This document shows, in pieces, positions 35,546-45,081 of a DNA stretch of 64,000 nt. The stretch is from a virus (Duplodnaviria > Caudoviricetes). Under the pieces are notes generated by a model. It did not search any database, had not been told where the DNA came from, and was given only the letters and a program-made list of their open reading frames with translations. A program made the position numbers and the translations under genes. The number at the start of each line of letters is the position of its first letter. Position 1 is the stretch's first letter. The stretch is taken from positions 1-64,000 of IMG/VR virus record IMGVR_UViG_2833778570_000001; one strand, given 5' to 3'.

Positions 35546-36280
35546 ATGACCTGGCAGCAATATGAACGAGCCATTCTGGAGAAGTTCTGGCGCGAGTTTC
35601 AGCCACCTCACTTCCGCGTGGAGCCATCAGGGGGAAACAGGCATTATTATACCGGTCGCCATTCAGGTGAGCTGAGACAACTGGATGTAGCAGTCTACCG
35701 ACGAGACGCGACTGCTCCGTTCTTGGTGGTTGACGCAAAGCATTGGCAGAACACTCTCGACATCAGCGACGTCGAGTCGTTCATAAGCTTCGTGGACGAT
35801 GTCGGAGCCACCCAGGGCGTGCTTGTTGCGAGTTCTGGTTTCTCTGAAGCTTCACCCCGCCGAGCGGCAGGAGCACCTGTGCCGATTCATTTGGAGATCG
35901 TCACGGCGAAGGAGGCATTGGAGTTGGATTGGCTCTGGCTGGGGCGAAAGCTCTTCCCGCAGGATTGGGCCTACCACCGTCATTTGGGCCATGCACTTCG
36001 CCTTATTGAAGGCAGCGGATCCGCAGCAGCGATTTCAGATGCGGTGGAAGGGGTTCCATTTGAGGAATGGGAGGCGGCCGTCAGCTTCGCGATCAACCAA
36101 CACCGCAGAGAAGCGCAGCATTTTCTCATTTGGGTAGCGACAAAGCACGACGACAGTGGATGGAGGTTCAATGCCGCCCGCCATCTCGCAGAAATCGGAC
36201 TGCTTACTGAATCCATCCGAAGCCAAGTCGTCGCCCTTGAAACGGACCCAACGGCATGCGCGATACTTGATGAAATGTAG
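35546..36280 (+). CDS. Mrr-like PD-(D/E)xK restriction endonuclease domain protein (moron)
   Basis: WQQYE, RQLDV, VDAKHW, GVLVASSGFS. Confidence 0.8.
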   Translation: MTWQQYERAILEKFWREFQPPHFRVEPSGGNRHYYTGRHSGELRQLDVAVYRRDATAPFLVVDAKHWQNTLDISDVESFISFVDDVGATQGVLVASSGFSEASPRRAAGAPVPIHLEIVTAKEALELDWLWLGRKLFPQDWAYHRHLGHALRLIEGSGSAAAISDAVEGVPFEEWEAAVSFAINQHRREAQHFLIWVATKHDDSGWRFNAARHLAEIGLLTESIRSQVVALETDPTACAILDEM

Positions 36281-36500
36281 AAATCACACAGCAGCTATCC
36301 GCTGAACCGTCCAAGGTAGGCCCTTTCCATCCACCAACCGAACGGCCACCGCCGTCCGCGCCAGCCATTCACTTGCACTGGCTTGCCTCGGCAAAGAGTC
36401 CCGGGACCTCCCGGAGCGTCGCCATGCCTTTGTAGGAGGCCGAAGGGGAGAGCCCAGAAGACGGCTCCATGCGTCGTACGTCTACTCCGGGAGCTCGTAC

Positions 36501-37763
36501 CTGAGCCATCCCCTCATATGAAACCGAGCGCTTCTTTGAAGACAGGGTGCTGATGGAGGAGTTCGGCGAAGCGCTCGACGAGAGGCCGCAATCGCTCCTC
36601 CTTCATCATGGGAATGGCTTGGTAATACATGCAGCCCTGCCGGAAGAGCGAGTAGGTGCGTGTCTTGACGGTATTGGCCTTCAAGCCCTTCTCCATCCCG
36701 AGACTCTCCCCCGCGGCGCCCAGCAGCGTCAGCAGCACCTGGGCCAGGGCGCTCACCAGCAGCAGCCTGTCTCTGCGCTCGGGACTCTTCACGCGCACCG
36801 TGGACAGTCCCATCCCGAATCTCAAGTCCTTGACGTCCCGGAACGTCTCCTCGCACGAGAAACGCCGGGCGTAGAGGTCCACCACCTGGCGCGCGCTGGC
36901 GGCTCCCAGGCTGGTGGCCAGACACCACGGCTCCTTCATGCCCTTCTGGCGCACCAGCACCACCGCGGGCACCGGCGTGCGGTCCGCCGTCACGTGCACG
37001 TCCGTCAGCTTCTTGGCGTGCCCGCTGGTGGGAATCCACCTGGCCGCGGGACACCCGGTGCCGCCGGCCACCTCCACCCGCACGTCCTTGCGAAAGCGCA
37101 CCACGTACTCGAAGCCCGCCTGGGCCAAAAGGGCGTACAACCGCTGGTCCGCGAAGCCCCGGTCCGCCAGCACCGTCACCTTCACCCCTTCGGGCACGCA
37201 CTCCTTGAGCCGCAGCAGCAGCTCATCCTCCGCCTGGGCGCGGTTGCCCGCCAGCGCGCTCTTCTGCAGCGTCAGCCACAGCAGGGGCGTGGTGCGTCCA
37301 TGCGAGGTGACGAGGCTGGCCACCAGGGTGGTGTGGTCATCGGCCTCGAAGTCCGTCCAGTCCAGCGCCACCAGCGCTTCGGTGCGCTCGGCCAGCACGT
37401 ACGGCACCCACGAGGCCGCCAGCTTCCACACGTCCACCGCCTCGTTGGACAGCAGTCGGTCCACCTGCTTGATGCCGTGCTTCTCACGCCGCCTCGCGCC
37501 CACGCCAGCGCCTGGCCAATGGCGTGCACCGACAGCGACGCGGCGTGCACCACCCCCAACGTCGCGTGCGCCAGCGACAGCACCCTCTTGGCGTGCAGGT
37601 CCTCCTCGAACAAGCTCTCCAGGAACCTCAGCACCTGCTCTTCGTTGATGGCCACCTTGCGTCCCAGCATGGCCTCTCTTCCTGCTCCCCACCACTCCGC
37701 CTCGCACGGGCCTGGCAGGCAGGCGGCTGGCGATCAGCTTGCCGAAATGAGGGGATCTCTCAG
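36501..37763 (-). mobile_element. IS4-family insertion sequence (1263 bp)
   Basis: 17-bp TIRs CTGAG(CC/AG)ATCCCCTCAT; 9-bp target duplication AGCTCGTAC at 36492 and 37764. Confidence 0.92.
36514..37670 (-). pseudogene. IS4 DDE transposase with a 1-nt frameshift near 37490
   Basis: N-terminal part MLGRKV...WARGG and main part EKHGIKQVD...ALDWTD...LADRGF...YARRFSCEETFRDVK are in different frames. Confidence 0.85.
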
Positions 37764-38962
37764 AGCTCGTACAGCAGGGTGTCGAGCAGTGCGATCCGAC
37801 ATCTCCAGACCCGCGCCTCAACCGGCACCAGTGGACGTGAAGCGGCAAACCAGGGAAAGGACCAAAGGGTGTCGAGGAACTTGACGTAGGTGGTCGCGCT
37901 GGTCGGGACAGTTCCGAAGACCTGCCAGAGACGCCTTCGGTTGGCGTTGTTGACCGAGAGGAAGACGTCCGGCCGTTTCATGGCGAGAAGGCGGGTGGCA
38001 GCTCCCAACCCAACACCCCTCAGAGCAAGAACTCCGTCGAGGTAGGCCTCAACCACGTCGTGCGACACACGCCCCCTGACTGGAACAGCATCCAAGAAGC
38101 GCCCCAACTGCTTGGGAGAGTCGGTGGTGAGCTGCTTGAAGTAGCCCGCCCCTTGCATTCGCCCAAAGTAGCCGGTGGTGTCCCGCCCCCATCCAGCCAC
38201 CAGCTTGCGCTCATCTTCTGGCATTGAAGCGAACGCTGGCCAACGATGGAACGCTTCCCGACAGGCTTCGGCCTCCCCTAGATAAGAGCCGTCCGGGTGA
38301 TCGAAAACGCGAATCTCAAAACCGTTAGCCAGAGCCCGCCTCTCCTGACGAGCGATGAGGGCATAATATCCCGCCCAGTCGCAACTTAGGTCTCCCAGGC
38401 ACACTGCGGCGTTAGCAGGCAAAGGCTGGGGCGCCTTCTTTATTGGAGGCTTAGGCCTGCTTTCATACAATTCATGATATGCGGCCAACCATGCCGCGCT
38501 TGGCGTGAATGCACGCGGGTCGTGCCAAGCTGCATCCACAAACGAAAGCAGGGTGCCCGCAGCATTGCACTGAGCATCTCCCTCAAAAAGGACGTTCAGT
38601 TCCGTGTTCCCATGAAAGCCTCCCCGGGTGAAGTTCGAAGATCCCCAGAGAGCACGCACCTGCCCTCCGCGTCGTCCGACAAGCAACTTCGGATGGAAGA
38701 CACCAGAGGTGTCCTCAATGACACGAAGGACTTTAGCATTGCCAAGTTCGACCAGAACCTGGGGCTCGGTCTGAGCGAAGTGGATCCCGATAACGGCCCG
38801 GCGGACACGCTCAAGGGGTAGGCACTTCCAATGCTCTGCTGTTCCTCCAGCCGAGCTAGCCCACGCGTAAACCAAGTCAATATCCGAGGCCCAAGCCACA
38901 AGCCTGCGAAGCGCATCCATCGTATCTGCTGTAGATGCCAAGACCGTGAAATTCTCTGCCAT
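37760..38962 (-). CDS. Phospholipase D (HKD) family nuclease, NgoFVII/BfiI-like
   Basis: FHPKLLV...WGSSNFTRGG...NTELN, long C-terminal domain; lower GC. Confidence 0.8.
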   Translation of the reverse strand: MAENFTVLASTADTMDALRRLVAWASDIDLVYAWASSAGGTAEHWKCLPLERVRRAVIGIHFAQTEPQVLVELGNAKVLRVIEDTSGVFHPKLLVGRRGGQVRALWGSSNFTRGGFHGNTELNVLFEGDAQCNAAGTLLSFVDAAWHDPRAFTPSAAWLAAYHELYESRPKPPIKKAPQPLPANAAVCLGDLSCDWAGYYALIARQERRALANGFEIRVFDHPDGSYLGEAEACREAFHRWPAFASMPEDERKLVAGWGRDTTGYFGRMQGAGYFKQLTTDSPKQLGRFLDAVPVRGRVSHDVVEAYLDGVLALRGVGLGAATRLLAMKRPDVFLSVNNANRRRLWQVFGTVPTSATTYVKFLDTLWSFPWFAASRPLVPVEARVWRCRIALLDTLLYEL

Positions 38963-39218
38963 ACAATTGGCCTCCAGGCCAAAGAGCGTCGCAGAAAATG
39001 AGACATCCAACCCAGATGCCCCACCGCGTCTACCGCCGTTGCGTCACCAATGCCGACCAAATGACCATTATGCTGTTGGGAAAAATAGCAGTGCTCCCAG
39101 AGCCCCAGAACTGTGTGGACATGACTTTGGCGGCTCACACCATAGGTCATATTATCCAGAGAGGTACCGGTCTACTTCAACGACCGACCAGTAGACTTCC
39201 GCGAAGAAGAAGTCGCTC

Positions 39219-40127
39219 TCAGATGACCTCAAACGCAGGTTCTGCGTTCTCTGTGACACGAGTCGCCAGCACGCTTTTCCGCCGCAAGGGGTCCGCCTTC
39301 GACCGGTCCTTCGCGCTCTTCTGGACGAGGTCGGCGCGGTGAATCACCTCGCTCGCCTGAGCCTTCACATCCTTCACGGCCACGAGGCCACACGAGGATG
39401 ACAGGTGACGAGGTTCCCCTTTCACTTTGACCGTTTCCCCTGAGAGCGATGCCAGCGCTGCACCCATGCGCCTCTGAGCCTGTTCCAGTGGCGTTGCTGG
39501 CATAACAACGACGACCTCGTCACCGCCCTTCCGGTAGGCGTCCCCAACATCGGACACGGCCTTCTCGATGGCATGGAAGAAGGCCTTGATGGCTTCGTCC
39601 CCCGTTGCATGGTCGCCGTCTTCGTTGAACGCCTTGAGCCCGTTCATGTCGAGGTAGGCCACCGACACCGGCGACTCCTCCTGGATGTTCATGATGGCAA
39701 TCGCCAAGTCGCGCTCCGCATGGCGACCGTCATAAAGGATTCCAAACGGTTCATGCAGACGAGTGGAACGAAGCTGGTCCTGCAGCTCCGCCAACCGGAG
39801 ACGGCCCAAGTGCCCCAGTTCCAACTCTACACTCTGGCCATCTAGGAGCCTTGAGACAAACTCCGCGCGACCGAGTCGCTCCCTCCGCTCAAGTTCCTCT
39901 GCAACCGCGTCGAGGCCGCCACTGCCTGGCACGTAAAGGCTCTTCCTGATGTCGGGGCCATTGATCATCCCCCTAAAGAAGAGGGAGAGGACCATCTGTA
40001 CTTCCTTTGCAGCCTCGAATGATCCCCCTCCCCCTCTCGGGAATTGCCTACTGACCCACCGAGTCTGCTCGAACCGGGCAAGAAATTGTAATTCCAGGAA
40101 GCGAGCATCATTTTTGTACTCTGCCAT
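39219..40127 (-). CDS. GGDEF-domain diguanylate cyclase-like protein
   Basis: YLDMNGLKAFNE...HATGDEAI...YRKGGDEV...SCGL...ADL. Confidence 0.85.
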   Translation of the reverse strand: MAEYKNDARFLELQFLARFEQTRWVSRQFPRGGGGSFEAAKEVQMVLSLFFRGMINGPDIRKSLYVPGSGGLDAVAEELERRERLGRAEFVSRLLDGQSVELELGHLGRLRLAELQDQLRSTRLHEPFGILYDGRHAERDLAIAIMNIQEESPVSVAYLDMNGLKAFNEDGDHATGDEAIKAFFHAIEKAVSDVGDAYRKGGDEVVVVMPATPLEQAQRRMGAALASLSGETVKVKGEPRHLSSSCGLVAVKDVKAQASEVIHRADLVQKSAKDRSKADPLRRKSVLATRVTENAEPAFEVI

Positions 40128-40260
40128 GCCGAATGAATCCCCAGTTCACCAAGGCGGGCAACGGCCCGTCTTGATGAACAACAATAGAAGAAGTTGGCAG
40201 GGCGACAAGCTCGCAACGAGCCGCCAGCCGGGTCTGAATCCACCCGGAAGGAGTCGGAGT

Positions 40261-40956
40261 TCAGCGGATGAGTCCCACTGCCGGGAACCCTCCGTACGGC
40301 AGGACGGCAGCGACTCCGAAGCGCAGCTTGCAACTGGCGAGGCGCTTCCCGCACCGGTCCTCTATGGCGCTGGACGTAGGCGTGTCGTTCACCTTCGCCA
40401 CTGGCGGCCCCGCGTAGCCGCAGCCCTCGCCGCGGTACTCCCAGGGGCACAGCTGCGTGATGATGCGCAAGGGGATGCGGACGCCATCCAGGTCGCACTT
40501 CGCAGCCAGGCTGAACTCGATGACGTGCTTGTTCTCCACCGTCTTCTGGTCCACCACGAACTCGTCGTCCGGGAAGGCGTCCAGCGGCGAGGCGGTGGGG
40601 TTGATGCCTCCGGGGAAGTTCACCGCATCCAGGTAGCGGACGAAGGTGCGCTTCCGCAGGACGCGCGCGCCCAGCAGATCGTTCAGGTCCCTCGCCATGG
40701 CGCCGATGGTGCCGGCGACGTTGGCGAGCGTCAGGGTGGGCCGGGGTAGCCGCCCCATGCCGGACTTGTCGAAGCCCTTCACCTGGATAGCCCAGGGCTC
40801 GTACGCCATGCCCTGCCAGACGACGGGCCCGCGGAGGCCGTTGGTGCCCGCGTGGAAGTGGCTGACGCCCCCGCCAGGCAGGTTGGTGGCGTCCAGGACG
40901 AAGAGCTCCACGAGGGCCCCTGCGTCCAGCCTTTGGATGTCGCTGGCGATGCTCAC
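40261..40956 (-). CDS. Minor tail protein L (lambda gpL-like)
   Basis: ALVELFVLD, PRPTLTLAN, RKRTFVRYLD, Cys motif C..C.W.YRG..C...C...C. Confidence 0.93.
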   Translation of the reverse strand: MSIASDIQRLDAGALVELFVLDATNLPGGGVSHFHAGTNGLRGPVVWQGMAYEPWAIQVKGFDKSGMGRLPRPTLTLANVAGTIGAMARDLNDLLGARVLRKRTFVRYLDAVNFPGGINPTASPLDAFPDDEFVVDQKTVENKHVIEFSLAAKCDLDGVRIPLRIITQLCPWEYRGEGCGYAGPPVAKVNDTPTSSAIEDRCGKRLASCKLRFGVAAVLPYGGFPAVGLIR

Positions 40957-41540
40957 CCTGCCTCCTCCTGGAACGTCGCGGTGAAGTCGTAGGCGTTGAA
41001 GCCCTTCGCGGTGCGGTGCCACTCCTCGCACACGACGTGCGCCGCCAGCTCGCCCGCGCCGGTGAAGGTGAGCGCGGCCCCGGTGGCTGGCGCCACAGCG
41101 AAGGTGACGAGCCCCGAGGCGGAGAGCACGTAGGCGGTCCCCGCCACCTGGGCGACGCCCGCGACGTAGATGGTCGGCGGCGCCGTCCAGTTCGTGGCCG
41201 GCACCAGCAGCTCCGGCGTCTCCGGGGACAGCGGTCGCCGCAGGAGCCACTGCGTCCGGGCCCCGTCCCCCGCCCCGAAGGGCTGCACGGCGACGGACCA
41301 GGCCGTGTCCGGGGTGACGAACTCGAAGGGCTCGACGCCCGCGCGTGCGCGCAGGAAGGCCTCCAGGGCGTCCGCGTTTAACTTCGCGAGGTTAGAGAAC
41401 TGGAGGGCCCAGCGCCGCAGGACGGGGTTGAGGCCGTCCCCTGAGCGCTGCGAATAGCCGTCGCCGAACTGCGCCCTGCGCACGCGCGGCGCCGCGTCCG
41501 CCTGGGCGCCATAGTCGGGGGTGAAGGGGAAGCGCTCCAT
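40953..41540 (-). CDS. Minor tail protein M (gpM-like) with an internal insertion
   Basis: QFGDGYSQR...GLN, AFL...PFEF, FTATFQE. Confidence 0.88.
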   Translation of the reverse strand: MERFPFTPDYGAQADAAPRVRRAQFGDGYSQRSGDGLNPVLRRWALQFSNLAKLNADALEAFLRARAGVEPFEFVTPDTAWSVAVQPFGAGDGARTQWLLRRPLSPETPELLVPATNWTAPPTIYVAGVAQVAGTAYVLSASGLVTFAVAPATGAALTFTGAGELAAHVVCEEWHRTAKGFNAYDFTATFQEEAG

Positions 41541-41853
41541 GCCTACCGCCTCCCGCCGAGATCCAGCCTGCTCATCCAAGCCATCTTCGGCGGAGGCGTG
41601 GACGACGGCCCCAGAGCGGCACTTCTGCCTGGCACCAGTTGGATACCAGGGTTTGTCCGCGCTTTATGTGGCGAGCCCCTGCGATGAGAGTGCGCCTGTC
41701 GTAGGTGTTCACCGCGCCCCGCCCTGGTTCGGAGCTGACCCGGGCCAGCGAGCGTAGACAACGAGGCGGGCCACTCCGGCCCGATCGTCGAAAGCTGGTA
41801 TGAGAGTTGATGGCTGGCTATCGACCAGCATGTCCATTCACTGGAGCATTTGA

Positions 41854-42645
41854 ATGCCTTCGAAGCACTTCCTGACTGCTTGCTCAGTTCTCACGCTCTT
41901 GGTCGCACTCCCCACGACTCCGGCACTGGCTGAGCCGTGGTATGGGGATTCCCCCGATCTGGCCTTGCGGAGCTGCCAGCATCTCTATGCCATGGGCGTC
42001 CGGCGCTCAGGCGTCTACTTTCTCAAGCCCGATGGCACGCAGGCCCTCACTACGTACTGCGACATGGAGACGCAAGGGGGAGGGTGGGCGATGGTCTACA
42101 ACAGCGTGCTCGGCACCAACACAACCGACTTCTGGAACATCCCCTATGCGGAGCGCCTGGGCCGCCGCGGCCGACCCAGCTTGGATTCCAACTTCTATGA
42201 GGGCAGCCTCTATCTCTACCGCAAGACAGAGTTCACAGATGCTGTCAGGTATATGGATGTCGTCGAGGATCTTCGAGGCAAGACTGCCATCCTTTTCACG
42301 GCCCGGACTGATGGGTTCAATTCCAGCACGATGAGGTTCCATGGGCCCCAGCAACTTGGTGGTAGTCTTGCTGTCTACGACAGGCAGTTTTCTTCGGGAT
42401 GGGCGTCTCCGGATTACGATGGCGATGCTACTTCTCTGGCGCAGTGTTCGCTCAATTACGCGAATGTCACGCAGCATTACTCTGGCTGCTGGGCATATAA
42501 TCTCGGTGCCGATGCCGAAGCCCCAATTGAGGATGGCAGGGTTGGACCTCATTTGAATAGCTCCGTGGCGGTTGAACTCGGGCTTGTAACCGACGGCACG
42601 CAGCACACGCGTGTCCGCCGCATTACGCGCTTCGTGAGGTGGTAG
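41854..42645 (+). CDS. Secreted fibrinogen-C / intelectin-like domain protein (moron)
   Basis: Signal peptide; SC...SGVY...YCDM...GGGW. Confidence 0.8.
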   Translation: MPSKHFLTACSVLTLLVALPTTPALAEPWYGDSPDLALRSCQHLYAMGVRRSGVYFLKPDGTQALTTYCDMETQGGGWAMVYNSVLGTNTTDFWNIPYAERLGRRGRPSLDSNFYEGSLYLYRKTEFTDAVRYMDVVEDLRGKTAILFTARTDGFNSSTMRFHGPQQLGGSLAVYDRQFSSGWASPDYDGDATSLAQCSLNYANVTQHYSGCWAYNLGADAEAPIEDGRVGPHLNSSVAVELGLVTDGTQHTRVRRITRFVRW

Positions 42646-42705
42646 TGCCAACGTAGGGCTCTCGTCAGACGGACGGAGCCCGGCTGTACGCGGCGGGCCA
42701 CGCTG

Positions 42706-43087
42706 GTGGCGGATGCGCGGGCGGGCGCGAAGCTGCTCTTCCGCGCGTCGCTGCTGGCCGCGGGCACGAGCCGCGAGGAGGCCTTCCTCGCCGAGGCGCT
42801 GGAGCGCGACGCGACCTTCGCGCCCGCGCGAATCCGCCGGGGCGAGCTGCGGCTGACCACGGATGCCCGCGCCGCGCTGGAGGACTTTGAGGCGGTGCTG
42901 GCCCTGTCGCCCGCGGACGTGGATGCGCCGCGAGGCGGAGCGCGTGGCCCTTACGCGCAAGGCCGCCACCGCCGTCGTGCGCGCAAGCCGCACGGACGCC
43001 GCCCGGCGGCTGCTCGCGGAGTTCTGCGCGCGCACGCCGGAGGATCTGGACGCGCGGCTGGAACTGGCCGGGCTGCACCGCAGGTAG
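42706..43087 (+). pseudogene. TPR-repeat gene remnant
   Basis: AALEDFEAVLALSP and PEDLDARLELA in different frames; no good start. Confidence 0.55.
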
Positions 43088-43092
43088 CCGTC

Positions 43093-43338
43093 GCCGCGGG
43101 GCTGTCGCGGGTGCTGAGCGACGTGCCGGTGCGGACCGGCTACCTGGAGGCCCAGGTGGGCGCGTCCTCCCTCACGGGCGCATACGCGCGCCTGGAGGGC
43201 GGGGCGCGGCTCCGGCAGAACCTGGGCATCTTCGGCTTTGCGGAGGGCAACGCCCGCGAGCGGATGGCTGGCATGGGCATCCGGTACACGTTCGGCTCGC
43301 AGTACAGCAGCCCGCTCCGAAGCATTGGGGCGAGCTGC
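43093..43338 (+). repeat. Inverted diverged copy of 24386-24631 (end of lysis module plus terminator)
   Basis: Long identical runs; stop codon and hairpin degenerate in this copy. Confidence 0.9.
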
Positions 43339-43404
43339 TGCCCTCACCAAGCAAGCAGTGTCCTCGCAGAAAATCACCAAGAACAAACTGCGAGAATTTG
43401 GCAC

Positions 43405-44691
43405 CTAGTGAGTTTCTGGCCCAGCCACGACAGCGCCTGAACTCTTGCGGCCAGCATGGATAATATAGTTCAACGCCATATTGGCAGGCCGGGTCTCAGT
43501 ATCGCCCCCCCCGACCCCGTGACCATGGCCCCCGCCGGAAATACCGTGCCCACGGTCCAAACGCGGCTCTCCGGGAGTATTGTCGGCACTATGCAGCGTC
43601 TGTACCCCATCCGACTCCAAAACAATGCCGCCATGCGAGTGAGAGCCATCGCCAGTCACTTTGAACGGCACCTTAGGCATGGCTGTCGCATAACCCTGAA
43701 CCGATCCGAGCTGCCGGTTCGCGCCATCCACATCGCGATTTTCCCCATCTCCACTTCCATTCAACCCTCGCACAAAACGCCCACGCAGATCAGGCACACG
43801 GAAGTGCTCAAACTTAGCCCCATAGACGTCTTGAATAACGACGGCGAGCTCCGGATATGCCTTTGCACTGTAGAACCCCCCATCACACAGTAGCCAACCA
43901 TCAGGGGGCGTCGTCCCGGCAAACGCCACGACAGATCCAATCGGAATTGGCGCTGCCTCTCTCTTAACCGGCGGAGCAAGCGCAGGAAAATGATACACAA
44001 TCTGCCCTTCCTCCGAATCAACCGTAAGCGTTGCGCTCTGCGCGACGCGGAATCCACCCTCAAGCCCCATCTTGCGAGAGCAGACCATATTAACTGCTCT
44101 ATTCGTAATGGTCCCCCCACGCAGAGCCATTTCTGCCAGAGATCCAGTGCAAGAAAATGCCCCCGCAGGACTCATCTGAAGTCGTTCGAGTCGCACAGAG
44201 GAGCCTTGGCTTCCATGACTAAGTGACATGGCAAACGCACCATAGTCTGGGCGCATCGAGTAGCGAACCTGAAGTCCTCGAACTCCAAGCGCCATGCACT
44301 GATTAAATGCATCCCACGCCTTGGGATTGATACGTTTGATATTTACCTGCAACTCACTCTTGACGTTCACAAGCTCAGAGTCTTCTCGCGTAAACAGCTT
44401 GGCCGTAGCTTCAGCTTCTTCTTTCGAGTAATGGCCGCCCAGCGAGAATGGTCCAAAGCCGACTCCCCCTCCTCCCCCGGCAGCCGCGCTTTGCGAACGA
44501 CTCTCGCTCTCAAGGATCGCAGCCCGAACGTCCGAGAGCTGAAGCGACGAATTCTTTTCGCTGTAATAGTCGTAGACCCCCTGTCGCAGTATCTCCACAC
44601 AATAGCTCTGCTCTGCATGAGCCGAACTCGCCATTGTCGTCACAGCGACCATGAGCGCAACACAGTTCACTTGGAGTCGCGTCCGAATCAT
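43405..44691 (-). CDS. Signal-peptide protein with a C-terminal phage tail-collar domain
   Basis: AHA/E signal; PIGSVVAFAG...GWLLCDG...YPEL...VPDLRGRFVRG...ETRPANMALNYII. Confidence 0.85.
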   Translation of the reverse strand: MIRTRLQVNCVALMVAVTTMASSAHAEQSYCVEILRQGVYDYYSEKNSSLQLSDVRAAILESESRSQSAAAGGGGGVGFGPFSLGGHYSKEEAEATAKLFTREDSELVNVKSELQVNIKRINPKAWDAFNQCMALGVRGLQVRYSMRPDYGAFAMSLSHGSQGSSVRLERLQMSPAGAFSCTGSLAEMALRGGTITNRAVNMVCSRKMGLEGGFRVAQSATLTVDSEEGQIVYHFPALAPPVKREAAPIPIGSVVAFAGTTPPDGWLLCDGGFYSAKAYPELAVVIQDVYGAKFEHFRVPDLRGRFVRGLNGSGDGENRDVDGANRQLGSVQGYATAMPKVPFKVTGDGSHSHGGIVLESDGVQTLHSADNTPGEPRLDRGHGISGGGHGHGVGGGDTETRPANMALNYIIHAGRKSSGAVVAGPETH

Positions 44692-44876
44692 TGGCGCCCC
44701 TCATTATCACTAGAGTGATTCACTTTTTGGGAGCCTTCGCCAGACCAAGCGCTCCGAGTCGACCCGTCCCACTCGCCCCCCGAATCCTCGCCAGCCCAAA
44801 CCTTGTTTTTGACGCATCCAGCAAGCAAAAGAGCAAGCGCACTCATCAGAATCCACTCCCGACGAAATCGTCGCAT
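44688..44876 (-). CDS. Small lipoprotein (62 aa)
   Basis: MRRFRR...LLLAG/C lipobox; ATGA-coupled to the collar gene. Confidence 0.65.
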   Translation of the reverse strand: MRRFRREWILMSALALLLAGCVKNKVWAGEDSGGEWDGSTRSAWSGEGSQKVNHSSDNEGRQ

Positions 44877-45081
44877 TTTGCCTTTCCGAATCAGTACTTC
44901 GAGGGGCTCTCGATAAAGATCATCGCCACCGCGACATGGACGTACTGCATCGAAAACTATATCCAGCACAGAGGAGGACATGAGGAGTGCCCTTGAGGGC
45001 TGGGTGTTCATGACCCCTGGAGGCAGCCTTTACCCGTCGAGAGAGTAGGCCAATCAGCCACATAGGGTGGTTAGCATCAGC

